From Nemertoderma westbladi (lineage: Eukaryota > Animalia > Xenacoelomorpha), in assembly GCA_032718475.1 (NCBI GenBank), contig JAUCBJ010007551.1, positions 29,010-93,009 on the forward strand: a stretch of 64,000 nucleotides of DNA. The letters are read 5' to 3'. The position numbers and the translations under genes are program-made. Under the pieces are notes generated by a model. It ran no database searches and was not told where the DNA came from. It saw only the letters and a program-made list of their open reading frames with translations. Positions 25,731 through 36,810 of the stretch are shown piece after piece (position 1 is the stretch's first letter; every line of letters starts with the position of its first letter).

Positions 25731-26066
25731 CGTGGACTACCGTACTATCATTTCAATTAATTAATTAAATTAATTTAATGAAAAATTGATGTTTTAAAAC
25801 ATCGGCTGGATGGTTTTGTAGAAGTTGCCGAGTAGAAAAACATAGTTACATATTAACGGACTAGTAGTGTTTTTTGAGAATTATTTAATTCCGACACTCG
25901 CCGCTAGAGGGACACAAAAAATTTCAGATTTCAATTTTTGTTGCTCTTTGGCCTTCCCCACGTTGTGGTTGAACACAATATAACAGTGGTATTGACCTAC
26001 CACACGGAGTTAGAGCTGTTTTAACAAAACAATCTCGTGAGGAGGACCGGGTACTTAACCCAAACC

Positions 26067-26097
<31 letters not shown>

Positions 26098-26519
26098 TTT
26101 AAGGGCATCAATTTATGATTTATTAATTTTTTACGATAATTCGATAATTATAACTATTACTCCCGGCTCGCGCTGGGATTTAAAGGAAATCTCAAATCCT
26201 GAAACTTTTAACACCTAAGAAGAGCGTGATAGAAAAGATTATAAGAATAGGCTAGACGGTCAGGGCCCAAACCGCAGGTTATCATGTTCGGAGAACCCGA
26301 AACCGTAGCCGGCCACGGCACCTAGTCCCAGCAGCGCCTTTATAGATTGCCCGGAATTTCAGGGAGAAGCTTTTCTCAGCAACTAAGCGAAAACCCCCAA
26401 TAGGATGTTCCTAGACCCCCCCCCCCCCCAAATTTATCTAGAAGACTTTTTCCCATATACATTACGTTTCAAAAGTCTACGGTTCTCCGGCTAGGGCCAA
26501 TTTGAGTCAAAAAGTCAGC

Positions 26520-27770
26520 CTCCATGATCAGCAAAGATCAGGTTTGATCAGCAATCGGACACTCAAGGCTTGCTCCAATCGAAAAACTTAACATTACAAA
26601 AAGATTCAGCGACCCCACATTAGTCATGATTCCCGTTAAAAGATTTTCAAAAAAGTGAATTCTTCCTGATCAAAACGCAAGATCATGATCGCGTCAAGAT
26701 CGGACTTCGTAAAATCGTAACTAAGCATTTTGGATATAAACAATTACTGTAGGAAACGTTCAGAACACCGCCCTGAGTCGATTAAAAAAAAAATTGGCCC
26801 GATCGGACAACCAGTTCTCGAGATCTGATACCTGATCATTAAAGATCATATTTTTCGGTTTTTTCCAATTTTCTCGAAAACTTTGTTTGAGACCCCCGAT
26901 TTTTTTTTTACGAATCGACTTCTATGATGAAGGGGCAACTTTTGAGCATTTCGAAATTTTCAAAAAGCGATTTGATCAGGCCGCGATCAGAAAAGATCGT
27001 GTTTTTGGTTTTATTTCGAAGACCAAGTCCTGGGAGTTCACCGTATGGAAAAACTTAACATCACAAAAAGATTCCCCACCCTCGACTTAGGGGGGGTAGC
27101 CAAAATTTGGGCATAAAAAAGTTCAAGTCTAGTGGGTTAAAACTCAAGATCATGATCGCGAAAAGATCAGTATATTTAAAATCGAAACTAAGCATTTTTT
27201 TAATAAACATTCATTGTAAGAAATGTTCAAGGGTCTATTCTGAGTTGATTAAAAAAAAAATTGGCTCGATCGGACAACCGGTTCTCGAGATCTGATACCT
27301 GATCATTAAAGATCGTGTTTTTCGGTTTTTCCCGATTTTCTCGAAAACTTTGTTTGAGACCCCCGATTTTTTTTTTACTAATCGACTTCTATTAAGAAGG
27401 GGCAACTTTTAAGCATTTCGAAATTTTCAAAAAGCGAATTGATCAGGCCATGATCAGGAAAGATCATGTTTTCGGTTTCATTTCGAAGACGAAGTCCTGT
27501 GAGTTCACCGTATGAAAAAACTTAACATTACAAAAAGATTCCTCACCCTCGATTTAGGGGGGGTAGCCAAAATTTGACCATAAAAAAGTTCAATTCTAGG
27601 GGGTCAAAAGATCATGATCGCGAAATGATCAGTTTTTTCGAAATTACTTCTGAGCATTTTGGGACAAAACTTTCAAACTAAAAAACATTCACTGGAGTGT
27701 TCTAAGTAGATTAAAAAAAATTTCGACTCAATAGGCCTACCGGTACCGGAGATATGGTCGTCCAAAGTCT
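26520..27770. repeat. About 468-bp tandem repeat (about 2.5 copies), GATC-rich, probably the interior of a non-autonomous element spanning about 26155-28135
   Basis: aaaaacttaacat.acaaaaagattc at about 26582, 27049 and 27516; gatcggacaacc.gttctcgagatctgatacctgatcattaaagatc at about 26801 and 27268. Confidence 0.8.
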
Positions 27771-28239
27771 GCTTCCGGTAATTCGAAAATATTTCGAAAA
27801 CCCTTGATCGAATTTTTTCCTTGAAAATATGTGAATGTACAATTATTGGACCCGCATCCAACGATACATCACAATCCATATTTCGGATGACAGGTACCGG
27901 TGAAATCAGACTTTACCGAAAAGAATTCAAATTTTTGCTACTCATGTCTGACTATCTCGAAAACTATAACAGATATGGAAATACTTTCACTGCAAGAAAT
28001 GTTCGCCTATCCAATGCGCTTCTAACTCTGTGCTCGGATTTTGCATAGTGTCAGAACCTACTACTTAACCTCCCCAGCGGAGGGAACGGAGTGACCGGAG
28101 CGCCAGTACTATCTTTCATTACAATGAAGTAATAAGGGTGGTGGGTGGGGTAGGTGGTGAACACTATTTATACGGTGGAGGGAGGGTCTAGTATATTACT
28201 TTAGGATATTTGATTTCTTTGCAATATAGTTTAGCTGCC

Positions 28240-29472
28240 TGTTCGCGCTTTTGAAGACCTTTAGCAGTTTAACCTGCCAAAATTTATATGTCTTTTAGTT
28301 AATTAACACACCTTTAGCATACGACAATATTTTATGCTAATAAACAAAACATTAGCCGAAGCCAGCCCATGCGCGATCATTCACCCGATGGATCTACACC
28401 CGGGAGGCTGAATTCGGATGCTTAGATTTTATTATTGCAGTGTAAGGTTGCAGTGTAAACCTATTGTATTATTCGATAGATCACTAATAATTAATTTCTG
28501 ACAGATATTATTAACTTTCGGGAAATATTAACAGTTCCTTTAGGACGTGGCGCTCTATCTATTTAAACAGAGCTAGGACTTATACTAAACGCAACGATAA
28601 GGCTTATGATTAAAGTATAAGTCGCATTCTTTAGGAAATGCTTTGTTACCAGTCACATCACACTCACAATCATGCACACTATTCTGCCGACCGTCAGTAT
28701 ATTTGATCACACATAAAGAGAACAGCAATTGACTCAGGTAGTGTCTACTAAATAACATTAGATTCAATACACACCACATTGATATAAATCGCAATTGTTA
28801 TATATAGCCCGCCTCTCTAACCTGTAGTGTATCAAGAAAATTGGGAATTTTGGGTGATTTATCCGTATTCTCCAAAGAGCAATATTTCCATCAACAAATA
28901 GATACAATTAATAACTGACGGTAAATAGCAGTACAAACAATATGATTAGTGCAGTTAAATTAAGTGAGGTAACACCGCCGGTAACAGTTATACTTTCTAT
29001 AATCTAAGCAGTTTACTAGAGTTCTTCCCAAAAAGCCGGTGTTTCTGGCTTAGACAGCAATAACAACAAAGTATCAAGTAAGGCAGTAAGACTGAACACT
29101 CTCCTTATGATCGGCTGAAAAGCTACACGTCGACAGGAAAAATCGCTCTGATTGGCTCAAGCCAAACAAAGAACTATGCATCCAATGGCTGTTTCCATGT
29201 CAGCAACCAGCTGTTAGATGTCGTAATATGAATCATCACGGCTAAGCTGTGAAAGGTAGTTGGTGCATTACAGGTTTTTTGCCTTACCATGTCCGCCAAA
29301 ACACGTATATAGCAGAATGACTTTTATGTCCGTTAAAACACCTGTAACGGTACCTTGCGGGCGAGGGGAATATATATACAGTTAGAGAACCTTTTTAGAG
29401 TATTCCAGCGCCTGGGGGGAAACTGGATTGCGAAGCAAAAGGGGCCAGTTATATCCCACAGAAGCTTTTACA
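28240..29472 (-). repeat. 3' LTR (1233 bp)
   Basis: TGTTCGCG...TTTTACA; about 5 substitutions versus the other LTR seen by eye; preceded on the minus strand by a short purine-rich tract GGGAGCGG (29473-29480). Confidence 0.95.
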
Positions 29473-29550
29473 CCGCTCCCAGAAAATGGGATTTAAGTCT
29501 ATAAAATATACAAAATCACAGTTTCTAAAATATAAAAATACTCTAAACAG

Positions 29551-30840
29551 TTAGTCTTTCATGCGCGGACGGCGTTTACGCAGTTTTTTAAAGCTAGCCA
29601 GAGTCTTTTTCTCTTTGGGGCGAGCCACTTTACAAGGAGGGCTATAACTCCTGGGTGAAGGGTGCAACATGATTGCATCAGAGGGTATAGGATTATGGTC
29701 GGTGTATCCGCCAGTCGAAGTGCCGAGTTGATTGACATCAACGTCGGGGGAGAGGGGTCTAACGGCTTTGAGAGCTCGTTTCAAGACAGCCGCTCTTACG
29801 GGTCCTTTACGAGTGGTCTGAACGAGGGCCGTGGGTGGACCATAGGCAGTTAGAAACTTCCTTGGTTTAATGGTTCTTTCCAACTCGCGTTCGCGGGCTC
29901 GGTACTCGTAAGGCCGTCGATATACTTCCTGTAACTCGATATGCGTGATTTCTGTTCGACAGAAGCGAATAGATAAGGATGGAACGCATAAATTCCTTCG
30001 TAAGCGCGTCCAGGATAATAGCGATGGCGCGAATCACGATGTAAATCAGCGTTCGCTTCCCAAGCTCTAATGTAACGTAGTGTGATCATTTCATCTACGC
30101 TTTCCAAATCGCGATTAAAAGGGCAATCGAAACTGGCGTGTCCCTTTAGTGGACAGTGGTGACATTGAGTCATAAATTGAGGGCAAACCGCAAAAATATG
30201 CAAATTATTAAATCTGCAATACGCTCAATAAATTTCCATCGCCGGTTGTTCGTGGAAATAGGAACAGCGGACGTTTGTGTCCATGGGCGTAACATGGTCT
30301 CTCGATGCGCATAACCGACAACGTTGCCGAGAAACATAGTTGGCATGGCGATAATCGTACGCAGTGAGACACTGTGGACCTTGATACCATTCTAGGATGT
30401 AATCGTTGTCGCTGTTCCGAGCGCGATAGGCTGAATCTCCTCAGATTCTAGGCATATTGGTTCGTCTTCCCAGTCTGTTACGAATAGAATTTTCGTGATC
30501 TATTCTCGGTTTATCGTTACGACTCCGCTGGGTATGATATTTAAATAGAACCATTTCCCTTTAGGGTGTCTACATCGTCCGTATCATGTAAATCGATAGG
30601 ATGGCCGGTAGTTAAGAAGTCCATATACGTACCATTACGATGCGTATAGCGAGCGGTTAATTTTCGATAGTCCAATTCACGCGTAAGTTGCTCTTGGGAC
30701 ATCGGCGGTTCGATATAACGACCATCGTCCTCCGTAATAGTCGGATCGGCTTCACCGCGTATCAAGCTATCCACAAACGCTTGTAAAGGTAGAGTATATC
30801 GCTCTCTAATACCAAGGTCATCTTCTATCAATTCCGTCAT
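29551..30840 (-). pseudogene. Decayed accessory ORF in the env position, with three Cys/His knuckle-like motifs and a basic tail
   Basis: Manual translation joins 30840-30541, a shifted frame 30554-29850 (CRLCASRDH...C; [*]AYCRFNNLHIFAVC; CHHCPLKGHASFDC; TGA stops at 30441-30443 and 30225-30227) and 29883-29551 (KKLRKRRPR). Confidence 0.55.
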
Positions 30841-32213
30841 ATCTGCTATCTGAGTTTGTTAATATCAATATAAGTTAATATTTTAGGCAAGCGGGCGTCG
30901 CTGCCTACTAGGCTTTTTGCCCCCGGACAGTGGGTTTCTCAGCGCCGATGTACCGCTGTCGCAGTGTTTACGCCAACATGTAGCAACAGCACGACAACGA
31001 TAACCGGCACAAGTCCCACCACTGTCCGTCCCAAAGGCTTGAATCCACTTGAGGTTATCTCGGTAGAGTTAGGGCTATTTTACAATTGCGATTAGCTACT
31101 GTAAACACACTTTAGTAGTAACATTCACCTATAAACGCACAAATTCCATACAATCATTACTTACTGCACACATGCATGCCATTTGTCCGTTAGTCAGTGT
31201 CTTCCAGAATGTCACGTTATTACTATGTATCCTTGGATACTAATAGTGCGCTATGTATACTCTTATGCTACGCAATGGGGCAAGCTTTTATTGGTCCTTT
31301 AACTTGTTTCTAATTCTAGCGTGGGTGTTGCCATGGTGACATTATGGAAAACTAGCGGTAGAATTAGGATAATTCTCATGCATACAGATCTGGGATGTTA
31401 TTTAATAGTAATTCTTTAATTGTCAATATCCTCTTTATGCATGATTTTATAAATTTTATCGGCTATTGACTATATGTTGGAGATTCTCACACTCTAATAC
31501 ACTCAATATGAATCTCCGCTCCCATGATCTATTAATTACTGGAATTTTGGGAATGTTATAAATTGCACAAAATGACAATTTATGAAATGATTCTGATTCT
31601 CCACTGATTCTAGAATTTATCTTTCAAGTATATCGGTGGGTGCCACGATATCTTAATCGACTAGAATTACAGATGGTCAAAAGTTTAACAGATTTATTTG
31701 CGATTTACGCTACTGTTAGAGGGACATCACGCTACTATATGTATTATTTGTTATAAGGTAGAAGAGCAATATCGCACGAAGCAATGTCAGTGTGAAGAGG
31801 CAAGTCGTTTCCAAGGTCTACCCAGAGCTTGGTTTAGCCGAGACACGAGGATCTGAACTTTGCATTCCTAATACTCTGCCTACCAATAATACTTAAATAT
31901 AGTAGTGGCTTTATTGTACTTTAAGAAGTACTGACATGTCATCTTACTATAGTCTCGCATTTATAATATAATACGGACAGTAAGGAAAGAGAAAATAATT
32001 ACTTCTTGCCGTCACACTAAATATATATTATAAGTAATTATGTACGTAATAAACACTAATATATTGCACTAATCTACTAACATTCTAAAATAACATTTTA
32101 CTAAATAAAATTAAAGAAAACGATTATAATAAAATTACGTAATAATACATACATAAATATAAAATAAAAAACAAATATAAAATGATATAGTCACACACCC
32201 ACTCCATATGTTA

Positions 32214-35200
32214 TTATGTTATGGAGTCCCTAGATATTTGTCGGATTAGGGAAGTGGTCGTAGGAAGAGTATCTTGCCTTCCATAGTTTCCGGACAGTTT
32301 TCGGTCTCTTTCCAGTAAACATAAACGACCAACTGGGCGATTGAGTTGTTGTGTTACTTTCTCCGCTCCCTTGGCCTGTCTAATCTCCGCCGTGGTAAGA
32401 TGAGGAGGCCATTCTTCTTCTTCTTTACTTAAGAAGTCGGATCCACCTAACCAGCCTGGAGTATCTATCAGTTCTTGAGGAGTTGCTCCTCTGGAAGCGA
32501 TGTCGGCTGGATTAATCGTCCCAAGGCAATGTCTCCATTGATCTACATTGGAGTTAATATCGTCATTATCTGAGGAGTATGGTGTTCCCTCAGTTGGGTC
32601 GTCCACATCACTGCTCTCCACTTCCCCCTTTACTTGGTATACCTGTTGTTGAGGTAATCTCTCTTTGAGAGTTCTACGGGAAGGGCCAGTGAAGTACCAA
32701 CCTACTCTAGTTCTTACCGCATAGGTTTGTAGTGGCTGCGGTTGAGCAGGCCGTTTCTCCAATGTCTCGAGCGCCTCATGCGCGTTTTGGCCGATGAGGA
32801 TTTGCACTCCAGGATAATCGGTTTGGAATCGAGGTATCTCAAGATGTTGGATGCACTCGTCCTCGTCCCAGTTATAAGGTTCTGCTTGAGTAGTAGCAAA
32901 GTTCTTTATGGCCACCATTTTTACTGACCTTATACTTTGTGCTCCTAATTTATCCTGGGGGGTGGACAACGCACCTACATAGTAATCTGCCGTTATGGTA
33001 GATTTCCAAACCTGTATAATTCCTGACATATTCAATTTAGTCCGGAACTTGGGTTGTCCAGCAAAGATATCTTCGGCTAGTTCTTGATTGATGAATGTTC
33101 CTGTGCTGCCGGAGTCAAGGAGGGCGTTCACTATGTAGCTTTTGTTAAGACCGTGAACTCTTACTTGAACTACAGGAAATTCTCTGATTCCTACGTTGGA
33201 AGCTGGAGCTTTCCAAGATGGTTGTTTGGCGAAAGTAGTTGGGGGAAACTCATCGTTGATGTCCTTTTTGTAAGTAAGTGCTCGATACACTGCGGTATTT
33301 ATTAGGTAACAGGATTCGTTGGCATCGGAGAATTCGTCTGTATAGAATCCTTCCCACTCAGAACTTTGGTCAGTGTCGTTCACATCACTGAATTGGACAT
33401 GTGATTTGGGCTCACTTACCTGACTAGGGTTGTTTCGTTCGAATTCCGTGTGCAACAAGCTATGATGTTTCGCGCCGCACTTAGCACACCTTGCGTCAGA
33501 GTAACAGGTTCGCCGCTGGTGTCCGCGTCTGAGACAGTTATAACATAACCGTTTATCCCACAGGACTCCACGTCTATCTGCCATGGATTTCTTTAGGAAT
33601 TCTGCACACGCACTCAAACGGTGGGGCCCGTCGCACAGCGCACATTTTGGTTTGATGTTACTCACCTTAACTTGGTTAACGTTCTGCACTCTCGTTCTTT
33701 CTTCGGGCTTTCTTCCGTGAATTCTCTTAGGAGACGTAGGAGGAGTTGTTGTTACCTGTTCTCTCCTGTCACTGGTTCGAGACTTGTATTTACTTACGTC
33801 TTTATAGGTCTTGTTGTCATAGTAAGATCGTTCGGTGTCTTTCCCGCTGTCCTCTTCTTGAGAAGCTTGGCTTTCGCCGTCGTCAGTATAACACACTGGT
33901 ATTATCCTTCTCCTAGAATCGGGTTTCTCACTTACCTTATTTTCCGATGTTTTCTCTCTGGCCTGCCTTATGAGTTGTAATTTTACTTCACTATCTAAGA
34001 AAGACATGAGATCAGCCATGGTAGGACTTCGTCGTTGTTGTTCATTCATGTACAACACTTTCTTGTCCCAGCGCGTACATACTCCACCCTTTGGTAAAGT
34101 AGAGACTACGGCTCCAATGACCATGGAACTCTGATATTCATGCGACTTACCTAACCAGTCCAGTTGTCTACAGATCTCTTGAATTTCATCGGAAAACTCT
34201 ATAATCCCGCTACTAAGGAAGTGTCGGGGGGCTACTAATTTTGCATACAAATACTTAGCTATGTTATCCTTGTTACCATACCTGATGTTTAGTGTATCCC
34301 AAACTTGTCTTAATCCATCTGGATGTCCAATAAACTTTAACGCCATTAACTTGGGAGGTCCTTCCAAGCACTTGATGAGGAATCTAAGTTTCTCTCCGTT
34401 AGATAGTACAGAGTTCTGTATGCTATCTTTGTAATATTCGTTGAAAGGTAACCATTTCATCTCATCTCCATTGAATTTGACGATCTCTCCCACTTTGACC
34501 GCTTGGCGGGCTTCTGTTCTAGCCATCTGACGCGTAAAGCTTTCTTGGACCATCGTGTTATTTAATATCGAATTATCGGTATATAAATTTCTCGGATCAT
34601 TATCAGGTCTATAGGGAATATCATTAATAACAGGTTTATAATCACCCTTAATAGGGTTTGCTATAGGAGTTTCAACTTCACTAGCAGTATAGATGCGTGT
34701 AGGCTCCACACCTTGCGCATGTAGTACTTCAGACCTAACAGGTTGACACAATGTTACAGGGGGTATTGGTATGCCCTTTTGGATATTGACTAATTTGTCG
34801 CGTTCTAGTGCGATACTTTGCTGCACTTCTTGCAACTCTGCTCTACCTTCCCTCACTGTTCCCTTAAGTTGGTGGACAGTCTCCTGCATCTGTCCTAGCA
34901 GGAGATTCATCCCCCGCCGTCCCTCTTCCACCCACTCAACCGCCGAAGCAGGAGTCGCCAACATAGTAGCGGGCTGACGCGGGACGACGGGAGACAAATT
35001 ATTGATTTCTCTCTCTGCTATCTGGACAGGGGTATTTGCATGGACTGTTCCACCGGGTACAGGCAGTGTAGTGCTATGTAAAGGGAATTTAGAGTTAAGC
35101 TCTGGAAGTGTAGGGGTCTCTAGCACAGAAGTGACTTTGGGAACTACAGGCCTAATTATTTCAGGTTCATCTACTATAGTAGGGAGTCTTTTGACCTGGA

Positions 35201-36425
35201 TAAATTGTTCTATGGGTTCTGCACTACCTAAATCTGTGCTAGTTAGCTGTCTTTTAACAGCGGGGGGCAAATCAGGCAGTTTATGACGGTGAGATGTTTT
35301 TCTACGCCTGCTTAGACGAGATCTATTTCCTCCGCCTTCAGGATCGGTGGTCTCGCCTTCCTCCGATGATGTGTATCCTTGGCGCTTGGGAGTAGATCGA
35401 CTCATCATCTGCATTTGATTAGCAGTAAACTGTTTATTTATACTGTCTTGCGTCTCTTGCAGATTTTCCAACTCCAATTGGATAGTCTCCTCAGACGCTC
35501 TCCGTTCTGCTTCTGCCACTGTTGCCTTTCTTTCGGCTTCCGCCGCCTTTCTTTCTGCTTCTGCTTCTGCCCCTTTTGCCTTTCTTTCGGCTTCTGCTTC
35601 TTTTCTTTCTGCTTCTGCTTCCGCCGCTTTTGCCTTTCTTTCGGCTTCTGCTTCTTTTCTTTCTGCTTCTGCTTCCGCCGCCGCTGCTGCTGCTACCTTT
35701 CTTCTCTCTATCAGTTCTTTCTTTACTTGTTCTTCTTGGACTCTAACGAGGCGGAGTTTTTCATCACATTCAGCTTGGTTTGCAGCTAACATTTCGGCAT
35801 CGATTGAGTCCAACACAAGCTTGGTTCCTTCACTATTAGGGGAAAGTCCAGACAGCCGTCTCCTCAACTCTTCGTCTCCTAGGAATCGCTGATAGTCGGA
35901 CAAATAAATGTCGATAGCGTCTCTAGTTCGCGGCTTCTCTGCTGATGTTAATTCGCTTTCCACTTCGCTTTCCACCTCACTTTCCACTTCGCTTTCCACC
36001 TCACTTTCCACTTGAGAAGAAGTGGCGTCGGTTGATTCTTCATAGGTTGGCCGCTCATCATAAACCGTATCCGCCATCTTCGCTCCGCGTTCGGGCGTCC
36101 GCTCAACAGTATCCGAACTACTGGAGCTATCGGACCGCTGAGGACCCGGTTCTTGGCTAGGAGGTTGCTGCTGTTTTATAGCTTCTTCTTGATCCCGCTT
36201 GACTTGGGCCCGAGTGCCTATGGCAGACCAACGGCGCTTCACTAACTTCGCAAATTGCGAAATCTTTTCTACCAACCTAGGTTCTGTCACAACCACTGCA
36301 GGGGTTGCCCTTCTTACAGTATGAGGGGTTTCAGACCTCGGTCTGGGATTCTCTACACTTTGATCTGAGAAACAGGCTGTTGTTTCTAAGAGACTATCTG
36401 ACAGAGTTTGCCTTGTGTCAGCCAT
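32214..36425 (-). CDS. BEL/Pao Gag-protease polyprotein with internally deleted pol (1403 aa)
   Basis: DUF1759-type Gag (KFNGDEMKWLPF...LSNGEKLRFLIKCLEGPP); three knuckles (CALCDGPHRLSAC, CYNCLRRGHQRRTC, CAKCGAKHHSLLH); protease ALLDSGS, ILIGQ and AVRTRVGWYFTGP; then directly the RNase H tail QWRHCLGTINPADIASRG...W..G.DFL...EEEWP and the pol end RPVGRLCLLE. No YxDD RT motif and no integrase HHCC/DDE core. Confidence 0.93.
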   Translation of the reverse strand: MADTRQTLSDSLLETTACFSDQSVENPRPRSETPHTVRRATPAVVVTEPRLVEKISQFAKLVKRRWSAIGTRAQVKRDQEEAIKQQQPPSQEPGPQRSDSSSSSDTVERTPERGAKMADTVYDERPTYEESTDATSSQVESEVESEVESEVESEVESELTSAEKPRTRDAIDIYLSDYQRFLGDEELRRRLSGLSPNSEGTKLVLDSIDAEMLAANQAECDEKLRLVRVQEEQVKKELIERRKVAAAAAAEAEAERKEAEAERKAKAAEAEAERKEAEAERKAKGAEAEAERKAAEAERKATVAEAERRASEETIQLELENLQETQDSINKQFTANQMQMMSRSTPKRQGYTSSEEGETTDPEGGGNRSRLSRRRKTSHRHKLPDLPPAVKRQLTSTDLGSAEPIEQFIQVKRLPTIVDEPEIIRPVVPKVTSVLETPTLPELNSKFPLHSTTLPVPGGTVHANTPVQIAEREINNLSPVVPRQPATMLATPASAVEWVEEGRRGMNLLLGQMQETVHQLKGTVREGRAELQEVQQSIALERDKLVNIQKGIPIPPVTLCQPVRSEVLHAQGVEPTRIYTASEVETPIANPIKGDYKPVINDIPYRPDNDPRNLYTDNSILNNTMVQESFTRQMARTEARQAVKVGEIVKFNGDEMKWLPFNEYYKDSIQNSVLSNGEKLRFLIKCLEGPPKLMALKFIGHPDGLRQVWDTLNIRYGNKDNIAKYLYAKLVAPRHFLSSGIIEFSDEIQEICRQLDWLGKSHEYQSSMVIGAVVSTLPKGGVCTRWDKKVLYMNEQQRRSPTMADLMSFLDSEVKLQLIRQAREKTSENKVSEKPDSRRRIIPVCYTDDGESQASQEEDSGKDTERSYYDNKTYKDVSKYKSRTSDRREQVTTTPPTSPKRIHGRKPEERTRVQNVNQVKVSNIKPKCALCDGPHRLSACAEFLKKSMADRRGVLWDKRLCYNCLRRGHQRRTCYSDARCAKCGAKHHSLLHTEFERNNPSQVSEPKSHVQFSDVNDTDQSSEWEGFYTDEFSDANESCYLINTAVYRALTYKKDINDEFPPTTFAKQPSWKAPASNVGIREFPVVQVRVHGLNKSYIVNALLDSGSTGTFINQELAEDIFAGQPKFRTKLNMSGIIQVWKSTITADYYVGALSTPQDKLGAQSIRSVKMVAIKNFATTQAEPYNWDEDECIQHLEIPRFQTDYPGVQILIGQNAHEALETLEKRPAQPQPLQTYAVRTRVGWYFTGPSRRTLKERLPQQQVYQVKGEVESSDVDDPTEGTPYSSDNDDINSNVDQWRHCLGTINPADIASRGATPQELIDTPGWLGGSDFLSKEEEEWPPHLTTAEIRQAKGAEKVTQQLNRPVGRLCLLERDRKLSGNYGRQDTLPTTTSLIRQISRDSIT

Positions 36426-36554
36426 GTTTGATTGTACAGTCGAATGCCTACTGCTATATTACAGTTAAAGCAAGTCTAGTAATTCAGTATCACTGTTAGC
36501 CTAATAATTAATTACCGATACTGCTACTCAGTGTAGCGTGATATATATATAATA

Positions 36555-36810
36555 TATTAGAATACCGGTATGCTTATAATATATATATAAGTATTATTAC
36601 AGACTAGATTTGTCACAGAGTACCGGTATATAATTTTAGCACAAATATATATAAATATATAATAGGCCTATCGTGAATACCGGTATACAGCTGACACTTA
36701 TAGTATATATAAGTATAATTATTACTAGAATTAATTACAGAATACCGGTATGATTTCAGCTCAAATTTATAGAAATAAATATAATAAGCCTATGGTAAAT
36801 ACCGGTATGT
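36555..36810. repeat. Degenerate about 60-bp repeats centred on TACCGGTAT in the element's 5' leader
   Basis: TACCGGTAT at about 36563, 36621, 36678, 36743 and 36800. Confidence 0.7.

Larger units (their letters stand above)
22869..25749 (-). mobile_element. 5'-truncated CRE-clade (restriction-like endonuclease) non-LTR retrotransposon carrying an internal minisatellite
   Basis: The minus strand encodes RTDLVVRAVWEPQREAKFDICVV...SY...FTPLVVTADGDWGKEASHFLHQLA, then after a frameshift GWVRARLPITLFRAVGLCLRGGRRWWRPIGLDDGAG, the RLE domain and C-terminus of CRE-like elements. Candidate 12-bp TSD ATTTCAATTAAT at 22857-22868 and 25750-25761. Confidence 0.8.

Noticed and set aside
25899-25916. CTCF-like motif GCCGCTAGAGGG
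   Set aside because: Single partial match inside repeat-like DNA; not supportable without binding data.
28585-28794. Small ORF duplicated at 39038-39247
   Set aside because: Lies within the LTRs; the duplication is explained by LTR identity.
30225-30227. Selenocysteine or readthrough at the TGA replacing a knuckle Cys
   Set aside because: Other disabling lesions in the same ORF make simple decay more parsimonious; no SECIS recognised.
30553-30559. Programmed -1 frameshift at G GGA AAT in the accessory ORF
   Set aside because: The -1 frame stops after about 19 codons; the knuckle-bearing frame is the other one.
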